From positions 32,674,001 through 32,738,000 of the forward strand of contig OX597817.1 of the NCBI GenBank assembly GCA_951406725.2: 64,000 nucleotides of DNA. Direction: 5' to 3'. The DNA is from Octopus vulgaris. Taxonomy: Eukaryota. This document shows, in pieces, positions 12,829-26,228 of the stretch. The first letter of the stretch is position 1. The number at the start of each line of letters is the position of its first letter. Position numbers and translations under genes: made by a program. The notes beneath the pieces were generated by a model, which searched no databases, had not been told where the DNA came from, and saw only the letters and a list, made by a program, of their open reading frames with translations.

Positions 12829-13310
12829 TCACATACATATATGCATACAGACACACTTATAAAAAAAAAGGGCATGTGTATATTTACATATATATATAAT
12901 TTTATACTTATACACATCTATATACATATGTTCATGAGCATTGAAGAATACACTGTTGAATTAAACGAAAGTTTTATGAATCTTGGAATAAACTGTGACT
13001 TTCTTTTTCTTTACTTTGAACGAAGGCAAGTGTATTAGGAAACATGGCAGAATGATAAATTTCTTTGCAAAGATAAATTTTTTCCTATTCTAATTGAATT
13101 AAGTATTTATTGAAATAACATGTAGAGTAAATAGTAATTTTTTAGAACTGATTAAATTACATAAAATAGGCGGTGGGGGAAATTTTAAATGTAAAAAATT
13201 GCACTATTAAATACATATTAGTTCAGCCATTTGTCACTTGTGAGTGAGTTTAGCTTGGTAACATGGACCATGGTTTTGCTAATTGTTTTAGGTGGCAATG
13301 TAGTTGAGGG

Positions 13311-13568
13311 TGCAGAGGTTTGTGGCTTAGTGGTTAAGGTGTTGCGCTCATTATTATAAGATTGTGGTTTCTATTCCTAACTGGGTGATACGTTGTGTTC
13401 TTGAGCAAAACTCTTCATTTTACATTGCTCCAATTCACTCAGCTGTCAAAAATGAGTAGTCCTGCAATGAACTGGTGCCACATCCAGTGGGGAAGCATGT
13501 ACACACAGAAGCTGGGAAATTGGTCTTTTGAGCCTATGCCTTGGGAAGGACCTTTGATCCTGTTTTTG
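13311..13568 (+). mobile_element. tRNA-derived SINE with B-type head and V-like tail
   Basis: 11-bp TSD GTAGTTGAGGG (13300-13310, 13569-13579); head like family B, tail like 16852-17180. Confidence 0.8.
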
Positions 13569-14100
13569 GTAGTTGAGGGCAGACATAAACATTCTTTTGT
13601 CCTTAACCTGGCTGATCATCCAGGATGCAATATGTGATAGCTGGGTGGAGAGAGATTTGTACCACCAGCATCTTGACCAGTTTTCATTATAGCTAAATAG
13701 ACTGGAGTGACATGAAGTAAAGAACCTTATTCCAGGAAATAACACATCACCTAGTCTAGGAATTGAATCCACAACCTAATGATCATGAGTCAAACAACCT
13801 TAACCACTAGGCCACTTAATAAATATATATTTTATAGACGTTTTTGAAGATACAACCAATGTTGGAATTAGGTCTACTATGAGTGAATGATATATGAATG
13901 CTTTTCTTTATTTAAAAAGAATGAAGCCTTTGGTGTTCTTATCATATAAACTTATTTCACAGTTAAAGATTGATATTTCTGTGATGAGATATAGATAGTG
14001 GATAGGAGCAAAGACTTCTGGAAATAGCTACTTTTATCTACCTACTTGCTTATATATAGCTCAGCATTACAAAAACTTAAAAATAGTTCCAAGACACATC

Positions 14101-14310
14101 TCACAGATGGTCTGGGATGCACCATTGGTGATGTTCCTGGGGTCTTAGGTGATTTGGGGTTGTTCAATATGAGGCTACCCCTTAGCCAGTTGGTCTAACC
14201 AGGGTTCATCAGGTCCCACATTGCATCCCAATAGCATCAAACTACTGCTCTATCCTCTTTATACAAAGCCACCTAGTGGCCTTCTCTGTAGCTTCAGTAA
14301 TGGAATTTAC
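14101..14310 (-). mobile_element. HERO-like (R2 group) non-LTR retrotransposon 3' remnant
   Basis: Minus translation ITEATEKATRWLCIKR resembles the HERO C-terminal EAAEKASRWLWIKR motif; followed by a UTR containing GACCCCAGGAACATCAC. Recognised from memory, not searched. Confidence 0.55.
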
Positions 14311-14906
14311 GGCCCTCCTATTTGCTGTGCCATATATTATATGGAGGAATCACTAAGAATATATTACAAATCACCAATTTCTAAATTGGTGATTTGTAAT
14401 TTTTTTGAAGTTTATGTTATCTCTGTTATGCTGTTGAGTACATTTTTTAAGTTATGGCTGAGTGGTTAAGAAATATGCTTCATAACCACATGGTTTTTAA
14501 GTTCAGTCCCACTGCACAGCACCTTGGACAAGTGATTTCTACTATACCCTTGGGTTGATCATAAGCTTGTGAATGGACGTAGTGGATGGAAACTGAAAGT
14601 ATCTTGTTATATATTTGTTTTTTTTTATGTCTGTTTTTCCATAGTAGCATGGGTTAGATGAGTATGTTATTGAGGTATTATTTTACAGCTGGATACCCCT
14701 CTTGTCATTAACTTTCACCTGTTTTTTCAAGTAAGGCATCTCTTATTGTGCACATCTTTGAAGGTGCAAAGCTACCAGATGGGAAATGGCAACATCGCCA
14801 CTGCATGGTGTGCAGTAGTTTTTGGAGAAACACAAATGTAAATAATTAGAAAGATACAATTATGTGCATGTGTGCATACATGTACACACACACACACACA
14901 CACACA

Positions 14907-14949
<43 letters not shown>

Positions 14950-15142
14950 GACAGGCTTCTTTCAGTTTTCCTCTATCAAATCCATTTACATGGATTTGCT
15001 TGGCCTGGAACTGTTGGAGAAGACAGATGCCCAAATTCCTGTGAATGACTGTGTCTTTTCATGTCTTGACATCACATACTAATTGTAAATAAATCTTTCA
15101 CCATCATACAAGCAATGCCATTCGTTTGCAGTTTTTCTCCAG

Positions 15143-15495
15143 AACATGATTCCGGGTTCAGTCCCACTGCATGGCACCTTGGACAAGTGTCTTCTACTAT
15201 AGCCTCGGGCCAACCAAAGCCTAGTGAGTGGATTTGGTAGATGGAAACTGAAAGAAGCCCGTCATATATATATATGTATGTTTGTGTGTCTGTGTTTGTC
15301 CCCCCCAGCATTGTTTGACAACTGATGCTGGTGTGTTTACATCTCCGTAACTTAGCGGTTTGGCAAAAGAGGCCGATAGAATAAATACTAGGCTTACAAA
15401 GAATAAAGCCTGGAGTCGATTTGCTCAACTAAAAGGCAGTGCTCCAGCATGGCCACAGTCAAGTGACTGAAACAAGTAAAAGAGTAAAAGAGAGT
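15143..15495 (+). mobile_element. SINE family A, 5'-truncated
   Basis: B box through the GAGTAAAA tail match family A. Confidence 0.9.
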
Positions 15496-15781
15496 AACCT
15501 GTCAGGGGATTCTGTTGTTTATGTTCAAAGAGTTAGGAGAAATATTACCTTGTTTGGAAACCAGTGAGGATTACTGACAGGGAGAGCATCTAGTTGTAGA
15601 AAAATTGCCTCCTTCAAGTTTGTTTGAATCATGCAAATATAGAGAAGTGGATGCCAAAACGATGATCAGCCATAGCTAGATGCAATGATGTATATTTTGA
15701 GGATTATATTTTAAAAAATAAGTTTTTGTTTAACTCCTGATCAACCCTGATGAAGTAGACCTATGATAAATGGCATTCTTA

Positions 15782-16000
15782 TTTCTTTACTGCACACAAG
15801 GGGACAAACAAGGACAGACAAATGGATTAAGTCGATTATGTCGACCCCAGTGCGTAACTGGTACTTATTTAATCGATCCCGAAAGGATGAAAGGCAAAGT
15901 CGACCTTGGCGGAATTTGAACTCAGAACGTAGCGGCAGATGAAATACCGCTAAGCATTTTGCCTGGCATGCTAATGATTCTGTCATCTCGCTGCCTTTTA
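15782..16000 (-). mobile_element. SINE family E
   Basis: Family E reverse complement; flanking direct repeat TATGATAAATGG(C/T)ATTCT near 15762 and 16003. Confidence 0.9.
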
Positions 16001-16851
16001 TATATGATAAATGGTATTCTATCCATGTCCATCACTTCTTATTTTCAGACATAGCATGCTTAAGATTCCAACATGGCCTTCCTTCTTTAAGGCAGACAGT
16101 AAGGTGGGATTTGAGGGTGATTTGGCTGCTATTTCTTGCAGGTTGAGCAATCCTGTGGATGCTTCACTCGTTAGCTCATTAAGAAAAAAAATTGTTTTCA
16201 TATATGGTTGTACATTCTAACAGCTTGACTCATGGCTATACATATGTTTTGTTGTTTGAACAAACAAATATTTGTTTACATTCTCTCTAACATTCTATAT
16301 CTTCCATATATATTCCGGTGGCGCATGGTAAATGTTGTCACAAGGTGTGCTACCATGCTGAATCTATGGTTCTGTTATAAAGTATTATACAAAAATAAAC
16401 AAATTTAAGGCCCTTTCTATACATAATACAACTGACTTAAATCTCTGTGAATGTGTATTAGTAGATCTGAAAACAAATGATGACCAGATTATTATATCAT
16501 GATACTGTAAAAACAAAGTTATTTTAAAGAAATGTTACTATCTTTGCACACCCAGAATATATTTCCTGGGAAACCTTACTTTTATAGATTTATTTTGTTA
16601 TAACCTGTTTCTTTATCATTGTCTTATTTTACTGTTAATGAGTAGTTCTTCCTTGCTATCATCTTCCTTCCTATTGTATACTTACTTAATCAAGCAACTT
16701 TAACCTAGTTTCTCTGTATTCTCTATTCATGAGTTTTGTGTCATAGTTTGCTTTTGGTAAATACTTAGAATTTAGGGTATGGAGATGACTGGTCTAGCCA
16801 TAGACATGTTAAAGATTTCTGTCACTGATTAACTATAATAAACATTGAAGA

Positions 16852-17180
16852 GTGGAGGCGCAATGGCCCAGTGGTTAGGGCAATGGACTCGTGGTCGGAG
16901 GATCGCGGTTTCGATTCTCAGACCGGGCGTTGTGTGTGTTTATTGAGCAAAAACACCTAAAAGCTCCACAAGGCTCTATCAGGGGGTGGTGGCGACCCCT
17001 GTTGTACTCTTTCGCCACAAGTTCCTCTCATTCTCTCTTCCTGATTATTGAGTAACGCTGCGATGCACTGGCGTCCCGTCCAGCCGGAGGGAACATATAC
17101 ACCACAGAAACCAGCAAACCAGGCCCATGAGCCTGGTTAGGCTTGAAAAGGGCAAAAAAAAAAAACAAAAAAACGAAAAC
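16852..17180 (+). mobile_element. tRNA-derived SINE family C with V-like domain and A-rich tail
   Basis: Head GGAGGCGCAATGGCCCAGTGG...GGTTTCGATTC; CTGCGATGCACTGGCGTCCCGTCCAG; TSD ACATTGAAGA at 16842-16851 and 17181-17190. Confidence 0.9.
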
Positions 17181-17711
17181 ACATTGAAGAATCAAGTCAA
17201 CTACATGCAAACCAAATTTACCTTTCATTCATCATTACTAGGCTGGAGTGTTCTCTGCATGACAAAATGTTGTGACATCATCTCAGATAAGACTAAGTAT
17301 GGTATATGCTTTGTGTGTTTGTTTGAGCAGGACTAGGTTATTTTAAGATTTTGCCTACCATGGCAGTCATTGGTGACTCCCTATAATATATTCTTAATAT
17401 ATCAAACGAAGGTGTTTTTTTTTTTTATGGATCCTCACATTACTGTAGTTCAAAATACATTACTAAAATTTTAGGAAATGTACAGAACATATTTCTTTGT
17501 CTTTCCGAGATGATTATAAAATTGAATCGATAATTGTGGAGACATGGAATTCTTCAGAAGATGAGGGACCAGGTTCAGTGTCAGAAAGGTACAAGTTGCT
17601 GTCATCTCCATCATTGCAGAACTGCCCTCCATAAAATAATCTTTGTGAAAAAGAAGTCATTTAGGCTTATAATATAACCTGAAATATAATCTGTTGAGAC
17701 AAATCATGAAT

Positions 17712-18128
17712 ATCATCATCATCATCATCATCATCATCATCGTTTAACGTCCACTTTCCATGGGTTGGACGATTTGACTGAGGTCTGGCGAACCAGATGG
17801 CTGCACCAGACTCCAATCTAATCTGGCAGAGTTTCTACAGCTGGATGCCCTTCCTAACGCCAACCACTCCAAGAGTGTAGTGGGTGCTTTTATGTGCCAC
17901 TGGCACGAGGGCCAGTTAGGTGGTACTGGCAATGGCCACGCTGAAATGGTGCTTTTTATGTGCCACCTGCACAGGAGCCAGTCCAGCGGCACTGGCAACG
18001 ACCTCGCTCGAATATTTTTTCGCGTGCCACCAGCACAAGTGTCAGTAAGGTGATGTAGGTAATGATCACACTCGAATGGTGCTTTTAACGTGCCATCGGC
18101 TTGGAGGCCAGCTTGTTGGTCTGGCAAT
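17712..18128 (-). mobile_element. Family D (RTE LINE 3' UTR fragment) with (GAT)n tail
   Basis: (CAT)n-CGTTTAACGTCC end plus internal repeated GGTGCTTTT...GTGCCAC modules. Confidence 0.88.
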
Positions 18129-18244
18129 GAAAAATTCATAAACGGAGGTATAATGACCATTTTAACCCTTTTTAACATGTACCACTGGCCACTCCTGCAG
18201 TACAGAAAGAATATTATATTCATTCTGATTTGTAGAAGTCACCA

Positions 18245-18955
18245 GTGTTACTCATGTTTATAAATCAATGTGGCAATTTATATAGTGAACTAGAGAGTAC
18301 ACAAGGAAAGTTGACAATAGATTGGCCAAAGCAAACATTGCATTTGATAGACTGTACATCTGAAGAAAGGGATCAAGCTCAGTGTATACAGAGTTTTTAT
18401 TCTGATCATCCTCTTGTATGGTTCAGACTTGTGGGTCATCTATCAATACCACCTACAACTCCTTGGGTAATTCCATCAATGCTGCCTATGTATCATCCCC
18501 AGTATCCACTGGAGTGACTTTGTCACCAATATCGAGGTCCAAGTACAAGCAGAGGTCATCAGCATTGAAGCAACTCTGCTTAAGCCATAAATATACTGAG
18601 CAGAACATGTCACCAGGAAGGAGAATCATCAAGTTCTCAAGATCATGTTGTGTGGTGAGCTCTCCTCTGGTCACTATTAGAGAAGAGCACCAAAGAAGGG
18701 GTATAAGGATTCTGTAAAGAAATCTCCTGGCACCTGCCTCATTAATCACCACCGGTGATCTGTTCTTGCTACTGAAGCCTGGCATCTTACAGTCCACCAA
18801 GCAACAGCCTCCTTTGAAGACATCTGCAGGACCATCTTTACTGAAGAGAAAAAGGATGAAAAACAAAGACATTACAACCAGTACCAATTAGCCTACCTTC
18901 TCATGCAGCTTCTGCGGTACTGCCTGTTTATCCCAAATCAAACTCCTTGGGCATC
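18245..18955 (+). mobile_element. Old RTE/BovB-clade (AviRTE-like) LINE ORF fragment, pseudogenised
   Basis: Plus-strand pieces translate to KVDNRLAKANIAFDRL, KLSVYRVFILIILLYGSDLW, IHWSDFVTNIEV, KIMLCGELSSGH, YKDSVKKS and a terminal TFSCSFCGTACLS zinc-finger-like motif, with stops and frameshifts. Confidence 0.85.
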
Positions 18956-20984
18956 TAATAATGTTTGTCTTTTGATGTTGCTACTGTTGACAGCATCTCT
19001 ACCTTATTTCTAATATCATTTACATCAATTCCCTTTTTCAATTAATTACATTACTTTTGAGCATTAACTGAGTGTTATCACCTGTTTTAAAAAATTTTTC
19101 TTTTACTCAACACTTATGATAGGATTCAACTAAAACCCTTAATAACACTTCAAGTCATTTTTAAATTAATGATTAAATATATATGCAATTACTAGTTTGC
19201 ATTGATTATCTTTGTTACTATAAAAGAAATCTTTTTGGTGACAGAAAACTGATATTGTGAAAAGCATCAGTTACATATGAAGTGGCTTTTTGATTCCTTG
19301 ATCTAATTTCAGTCCTTAGTCTCAACATTTCTGTATTATATTGGTGAATGCATGTCGAATATGAAATTTTACTCCTCTCCACTTACAAGGGTTTGGTCAG
19401 CACAGAGCTATAGAAGACACTTACTTTATGGCATCTTGCACAAGTGTCTTCTACAATAGCCACAAGCCACCCTAAGCCTTGTGAGTGGATTCGATAGATG
19501 GAAACTGGAAGAAGCCTGTTGTATGTATATGTGTGATTGTGAGTGTGTGTGTGTATATCATCATCATCATTTAATGTCTGTTTTCCATGCTGGTATGGGC
19601 TGGACATGTGTGTGTGTATGTGCATCTTTATTTTGACATTACATGATGGTTGTTAAATGAGCTTCACCATCATACAAGTGATGTGTTTTTCTTTTCAGTC
19701 TTCTGTACAAAGCATGTTTAGCCAAGGGGAAATATTTCCATGCTTGGAAATAGGTGCAGGTTGGCAACAGGAAGAGCAACCAACTGTAGAAAATTTGTCT
19801 CAATAAAAATTCCATTTGTGCCATGCAAGCATGGAAAAGTGAACATTAGACAATAACAATAAGTGTTCTTACTATATCTCATCTTCATTGTGAATATATC
19901 CTCCTAAAATTTAAAACATATCATGAAGTCCCATTTTAAAGATATTATGGAGTTTGTTAAAGAAAACTTAGTTCCTATTTTGAGTAGATCAAGTGACTAA
20001 ATAACTCTTTTACTAGCCCTAATAAAACACTTAGCTACTCTCCTTATGTATTGCATAATGATTTGACTTCTTAAAACTCATGTACAATATAAATAGTTTG
20101 TTTACTGTGTGTTTAAAATTCTTTATTTATGAATCCAAGTCAGCTTTGCATAAATGGCCAAAAGCTTTACAGCAGATTTTTTCTCTCTCTCTTGCTTTGC
20201 TTTCACTATCATAAAAGATAAGTTGAGTTTGTAGTTGTTGAGACCCAGAAAAAAAGAAGAGAAAAATTACAAGTCTGTTATTGATTTCCAAATTTCCAAA
20301 TACAATCTCATATGATTAAAGAAAAGGTATCAACAACATATCAGAAGTAATGATGGTGTTTATGTAAAAAGAAATGTTAGAATCTGGTTAATGTCTATGA
20401 CATAAGCATAATTATATATAATAAGTAGAAATTATAATGCAGGTAAAAAAGCCATATAATGGTTGAGTAGAGTACTGCTTAGTGGGCATGCTTAGAAATT
20501 ATTTTAATAGCGGATAAAGTCATACCATTTGCACATTACTTATCAGACATTTTATTTCTTGTAGATACTTTTTTTTCTAAATAAATATTTTCATTTTTTA
20601 TTGTTGTATTTTGGGACGGTCATTTTTTTGTTTTGTTTTTACCAAATAAACACACGCACTATATATTCATTCTTTCAATCCATTGTATTGTTATTCTCTA
20701 ACCCACTACCTGTTCCAGATCTTTTTCTGCTATAGGTAGAGATGGTATCACCCTATAGCCTGTAATACCATTCTGAAGAGGAACGGCTCTAATTAACAAG
20801 GATTAATTAATTTTGGGTTGCAAAAAAAAAAAAAAAAGGGTGTAGGTATTGCTGTATGGTTAAAAAGCTTGCTTCCCAACCATTTATTTTCAGGTTCAAT
20901 CCTATTGCATGGCAACTTGGGCAAGTGTCCTACTATAGTTCTGGGTTTATTAATGCCTTATAAATGAATTTGATTGACAGAAAC

Positions 20985-21380
20985 TGTGGTTGGGCCTCAT
21001 GGGGGCAAAGTGGCTGAGTTCCTTTTGAGTGTTGGGCTTCTTGGAGGCAATGACCTAGACCATTGGCATTATGTCGTGCTTGAGAAGAAGACGCATCAAG
21101 CTGAGCAAAATTGCGGTCGTGGCAGATACTGGCGTCATGCAAGTTGGCACCTGTGCTGGTGGCACGTAAATGCACCCCAGTGTCAAGCAAATGACACCTG
21201 TACTGGTGGCATGTAAAGGCACCCATTACACTCTTGGAGTGGTTGGCATTAGGAAGGGCAGTCAGCTGTAGAAAACCATGCCAAATCAGACTGGAGTCTG
21301 GTGCAGCCTTCCAGTATGCCAGCCTGGTCAAACTGTCAAACCCATGCCAGCATGGACAATGGACATTGAATGATGATGAT
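20985..21380 (+). mobile_element. Family D RTE 3' end inserted in a family A SINE
   Basis: RTE-like coding end plus UTR and TGATGATGAT tail; family A head at about 20840-20985 and family A tail at about 21440-21615. Confidence 0.8.
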
Positions 21381-21382
21381 TT

Positions 21383-21417
<35 letters not shown>

Positions 21418-21797
21418 GGGGGGGGGGTGTCTTTCTCTCTCTCTCTTTCTGTCTTTGTTCCTCCCCACCTCTTTTACAACCAGTGTTGGTTTGTTTACAT
21501 AACATACCAGGCATAAAAATAAGTAATGTCTGGTATGTTTGATTTGTTTGACTAAAATCCTTCAAGGTGGTGCTCCAGCATGGCTGCAGTCTAATGGCTG
21601 AAACAAATAAAAGATAAGCATTAATAATTGAGAAAAATAAGTGGAAATGTTATGAGTTGGAAGTTAATATTCTGAAGCAGAAAATATCTTGCATACTGAT
21701 TGCTGTGGGATTCAGAGATGTAGACAAAACTCATTTACATTACCGGAGAAAATACTGGATTCGTTAATGGTTATGTGATCATATGATTGACCAGACT

Positions 21798-22147
21798 TAG
21801 CTTATGATGAGGAGACCCACTTCGGCCATGAATGACCATGGGATTGCACCTAGAAAGTTACCCTCCGAGGCACAAGTCAGGGCAAGATTATTTGTGGAAG
21901 GCTAGCAGTCGCCCATGCATACCAATCTCCCCTCTCCAAGCCACTGATGTTATCCAAGAGAAAGGCAGAGGCCGACACAGCTTGGCACCAGTGATGTTGC
22001 AACTCATTTCTACAGCTGAGTTAACTGGAGCAATGTGAAATAAAGTGTCTTGCTCAAGAACACAACACACAGTCCGGCCCGGGAATCGAACTCACAACCT
22101 CACAATCGTAAGCTCTACACTCTAACCACTGAGCTATGCGCCTTCAC
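21798..22147 (-). mobile_element. tRNA-derived SINE family F nested in an older SINE (family G, about 21778-22434)
   Basis: 12-bp TSD ATTGACCAGACT (21786-21797, 22148-22159); the host SINE is flanked by AAT(G/A)GTTATGT. Confidence 0.88.
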
Positions 22148-22973
22148 ATTGACCAGACTATTAGATGCTATTATATATTGGTAGTTACAATACACTCTTG
22201 CATCATATTTAGCTTTTGGCTGATGCCATCCTGCTGGCTAAGCAAGCAGGCCAACATTCACCCTGATTGGAAGGTCAGTCTGTTGCAGGATTATCCATTT
22301 ACAGCTGAGAGGACTGGAGCAATGTGAAATGAAGTGTTTTGCTCAAAAATACAACACACCACTCAGCCTGGAAATTGAACTCACAATCGCTAGATTGTAA
22401 GTGTAACACTAACCACTGGGCTATGTGCCTTCACAATAGTTATGTAACCAACTAAATTTCCAATATACTAAATCGAAACATGATAAAGATTTTTTTTCTT
22501 CATAAATCATTATAGAAGAAAATATGCTTAGATGAACAGTCTTTGAAATAAAGTTAAATTATTGTCTCATTTTACCTATTTGCAAATGTTCTCTCCTTAA
22601 TCTAATTACTTTGTTGCTAAGATACTTTAATTAGCTGTCATTACAAAATCTGCTGCATTTTATGAGAGAGACAGAATTTTCAACTATGTTTATATAACTT
22701 ATTCTGATCTCAGAAACTGAATTATTGGTGGAATCTTTAATATTTTACTTGTTTCAGTCATTGGACTGTGACCATGTTAGGGGTTTAGTTGAATAAATCA
22801 ACCCCAGTACTTATTTTTTCTGAAGTTTGGTACTTATTTAACATCAGTTGCTTTTGCCAAACTGCTAAGTTTGCTTTCCAACCACCTGCTTCAGTCCCAC
22901 TGTATGGCACCATGGGCAAGTGTCATCTACTATAACTCCAGGCTGACCAAAGTCTTATGAGTGGATTTGTTAA

Positions 22974-23419
22974 CCCTTTCATTACTGTATTTATTTTGAG
23001 ATGCTCTGTGTTTCTTTCAATTACTTTAACCCTTTAGCATTTAAACCGGCCACATCCGGTCAAAAGTATTCTGCCTGTTCTATGTTCAAACTGGCCAGAT
23101 CTGGTCTCTCACACCAACCCTACAATATCGTTTTAAAAATTAACAGCTACCTCATCAAAATCTCATAGCTACAAGATAATGTATGATTAGTTCAAAACAA
23201 TGTGGATAAGAAAAGTATTAATTTTGGCAAAATAATGCGAACACTAAAGGCTTAAATATAACAAAGAATTTAGTAAAATAATTTAGTTATCATTCTGCTA
23301 GTGTTAGGAACATAAATTGTGACTAAGGTTTGGTGGAAGATTTTAATTCAAAACTTGTGAAAACAAAACATTTGTACTCAGAGCCAAAGTTGGTTTCAGC
23401 CGGGTTGGTAACGAAAGGG
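22974..23419. mobile_element. piggyBac-type MITE P1 carrying a nested MITE P2
   Basis: TTAA-CCCTTTC...GAAAGGG-TTAA, splitting a family A SINE at GGATTTG|TTAA|ACGGAAAC. Confidence 0.92.
23030..23251. mobile_element. piggyBac-type MITE P2
   Basis: TTAA-CCCTTTAG...CTAAAGGC-TTAA inserted at an internal TTAA of P1. Confidence 0.92.
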
Positions 23420-24770
23420 TTAAACGGAAACTGAAAGAAGCTTGTCGTGTACGTATAAAGTATGTGTGTGTGTGACTGGAGTCTAGTGACTGAAAGAAGT
23501 AAAACATAAAAGAAATATAGATACTCAATGGGCTTCTTTCAGTTTCCATCTTCCAAGTCCAGTCACAAGGTGCCACACAGAGGAACTGAACTTGGAACCA
23601 TATGGTTGAGAAGCAAACTTCTTACTACACAGCCATACCTGCATAACTTTAAAATGTGTCTCAGTAAATCTTTCCTATTCAGACATGAGAAAACATAGTT
23701 GTGGACAATGTTATATTGAAATCATAATTTTTTTTTTGGTGTTTTTACATAAAATGGTGACTGCAAGTCTTACAGGTTCTGGATTATCTCAGTTGTGTAT
23801 TGTGATTGGACAAGAGCATAACCTATTTTATTAGGCACCAAGATTACTTACTTCCTGATTGGGAAGACAGATTCACTTTATATAAGCATGCACAAACATA
23901 ATTTCAAGTGTTATACACAAAACTTGAAGTTTTTAAGTGTTTTCAGCTCCTCTCTTTCTCTCTCTCTCTCATTCACTCTCCCCCCTCTCTCTCTCTTGGA
24001 GTTGAAGCGTCAAGCAATAAATTGAGAGAAACTTCTACCTTGAGAAATGGAAAAAAACATTACTATAAGTAATGAGTAGTTTTCGTTTCTCATTTCAAGC
24101 CTAAATGCACACACATTCACATACTATCGTCGTCATCATCATCTTTATTTTATGTCTACTTTGTATTGGCTGGATGGGTTGTCAAAGTCCAAATTAGTTC
24201 TTATTTTGAGTTATTGCCTCATCCCAGATTGAGCAGACTTATGGCCATAAGTATTCCAGCTGTAATCATTCCATCTTCATTTGGAGCTATTATAGGATAC
24301 GTTATCTACTGCGTTCTTTGCTTGTTTAAGATGGTAGGATATGACACGAGGAAGACTTGGCTGCTATTTCTAGCAAGTTGAGTGACCACGTAGAAGCCCT
24401 GTCATTTCATCTTTGCACATCTTCTGCTGGTGGTTTCAATGGTTTCTGCTGAGAGTGGCTTGGTTGGATCACAACTGTTGCTGTTCACAGTTGTTGCTCT
24501 TCTCTCTACTTATATACATCATAGCCTAGTGTTTATGGATATTACTGTGCTGTAACAGCTATTTTTGTGTCAGAAGTACTTTTTTTTGTGTTTGTTTAGA
24601 CTGACTGTGAAGATAGTGTTCTTAAGATGGTATTTTGATACTTTCTAGGAGTGTTGTTAATGTGTCTGGGTATTTGAGAATTTGGTGGGGATTGTGTTAG
24701 TTGCAGAAACAAACTGTTCATAATGCATGATTAAATGATGTTTTGTTTTTAAGTACTTTTAGTAGTTTAA

Positions 24771-24990
24771 CCCTTTAGTATCTAAACAGGCCATATCCAG
24801 CCCAAATATGCTTCCTGCTTTATGCTCTAACTAGTCAGATCCAACCTATCACACCTACCCTTCAATGCCATTCTAGAAATATACAATCTCATCATGAAAA
24901 CTTTAAAGCTAAAAAATAAAGCTTGATTAATTATAAACAATGTCAATGAAAAAACATAACATTTGACAAAATAATCTGAATATGAAAGGA
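24771..24990. mobile_element. piggyBac-type MITE P2, diverged
   Basis: TTAA flanks, CCCTTT/AAAGGA ends, same length as and similar to 23030-23251. Confidence 0.85.
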
Positions 24991-25426
24991 TTAAGACTGA
25001 GTGTGTTGTGAGAAGGTCTGTACGTATGGCTTGTGAGGATGCAAAGTGCACTATATGGTGCTCTTTATGTAGTCTGTGTAGTTAAAAAGCTTGCTTTGCA
25101 ACCCTGTGGGTTTTGAGTTCAGTCTCACTGCATGGCATCTTCGGCAAGTGTCTTCTATTATAGCCTCGGACCGACCAATGCCATGTGAGTGAAATTGGTA
25201 GATGGAAACTGTGAGGAGAGCTGTTGTATGTGTGTGTGTGTGTGTGAGAGAGATATATATAATAGTAATAATAATAATGATAATAATAATAAGTACAACA
25301 CTAGTAGAACACTAAGTACAAAACCAAATATATGGCACCCATGAACTTCCAACTTGTTGTCTCTTGAGGTCTCTGGGTGGGACTTGGAGCCAGCTTGTGC
25401 AAATGTAAAGCAAAAGTCAAACATAG

Positions 25427-25624
25427 AATAATAATAATAACGAAATTATTGTATACACTGCTCCGGTGCACCACAACTTGTAAAAAGTGCATATAAAGCA
25501 TATGCAGTAATGTACAAATGTTTGGAAAGTGAACAGTGTATGAGTCAGATACATACTTGCGTGGGTATGGAGGGGAGAAAATCAGGTGTAGTGTTGGCGA
25601 ATCTCAGAAAGCATGTAAGTTTTG
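25427..25624 (-). mobile_element. CR1 LINE 3' end nested in a family A SINE (about 25070-25830)
   Basis: Reverse complement of 29448-29640 including the (TTA)n tail. Confidence 0.88.
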
Positions 25625-26228
25625 TGTTTGTTTTCCACCACCACCACTTGACAACTGGTGTTGGTTTGTTTACATCCCCATAACATAGTGGTTCAGCAAA
25701 AGTGTCTGATAGAACCAATACTAAACTTAAAAAATAAAAAGTACTGGGGTTGATTTGTTTGACTAACCCCTTCGAGGTAATGCCCCAACGTGGTCACAGT
25801 CCAAAGACTTAAACATGTGAAAATGAAAGATGCAGGTAGAACTTGCATAATCTATGATGAGCCCAAGGTGGAGCTTAGTTTCTGTATTAAGGTTGTTTTT
25901 TGAATGTTCTTTGTATGTTTGTGTGTCATTTTATTTCCTTTTATTTTTTTTTTATGTGCTATGAATGTTGTTGAGCTGTGAGTAATTCATAAGTTTTGTC
26001 TTCATAGTTTTTATATTTTCGATTGAGGGAAAGTTCCAGTTGTTTTTTTGATAATTAGAAATAATACAAGCTTAGGGAATAAATTAAGGGGTAATATACT
26101 GAAATGATATAAGTAAAAGATTCTCATTTGAAATTTCCCCAGAAAAAGAAAAAACAAAATCTAGTATTAATTCTGTTGTGTCTGGGGAGAGTCATTTTCC
26201 TTTTCTGCCCTTTTTTTTTTTTTTTTTA

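Noticed and set aside
18486-18887. Minus-strand ORF with FNADD resembling the RT YADD motif
   Set aside because: The real homology is on the plus strand (RTE C-terminal region); the motif is coincidental.
20933-21565. Longest ORF (210 aa)
   Set aside because: Crosses a SINE tail, a (TA)n tract and an antisense D element; chimeric and without recognisable domains.
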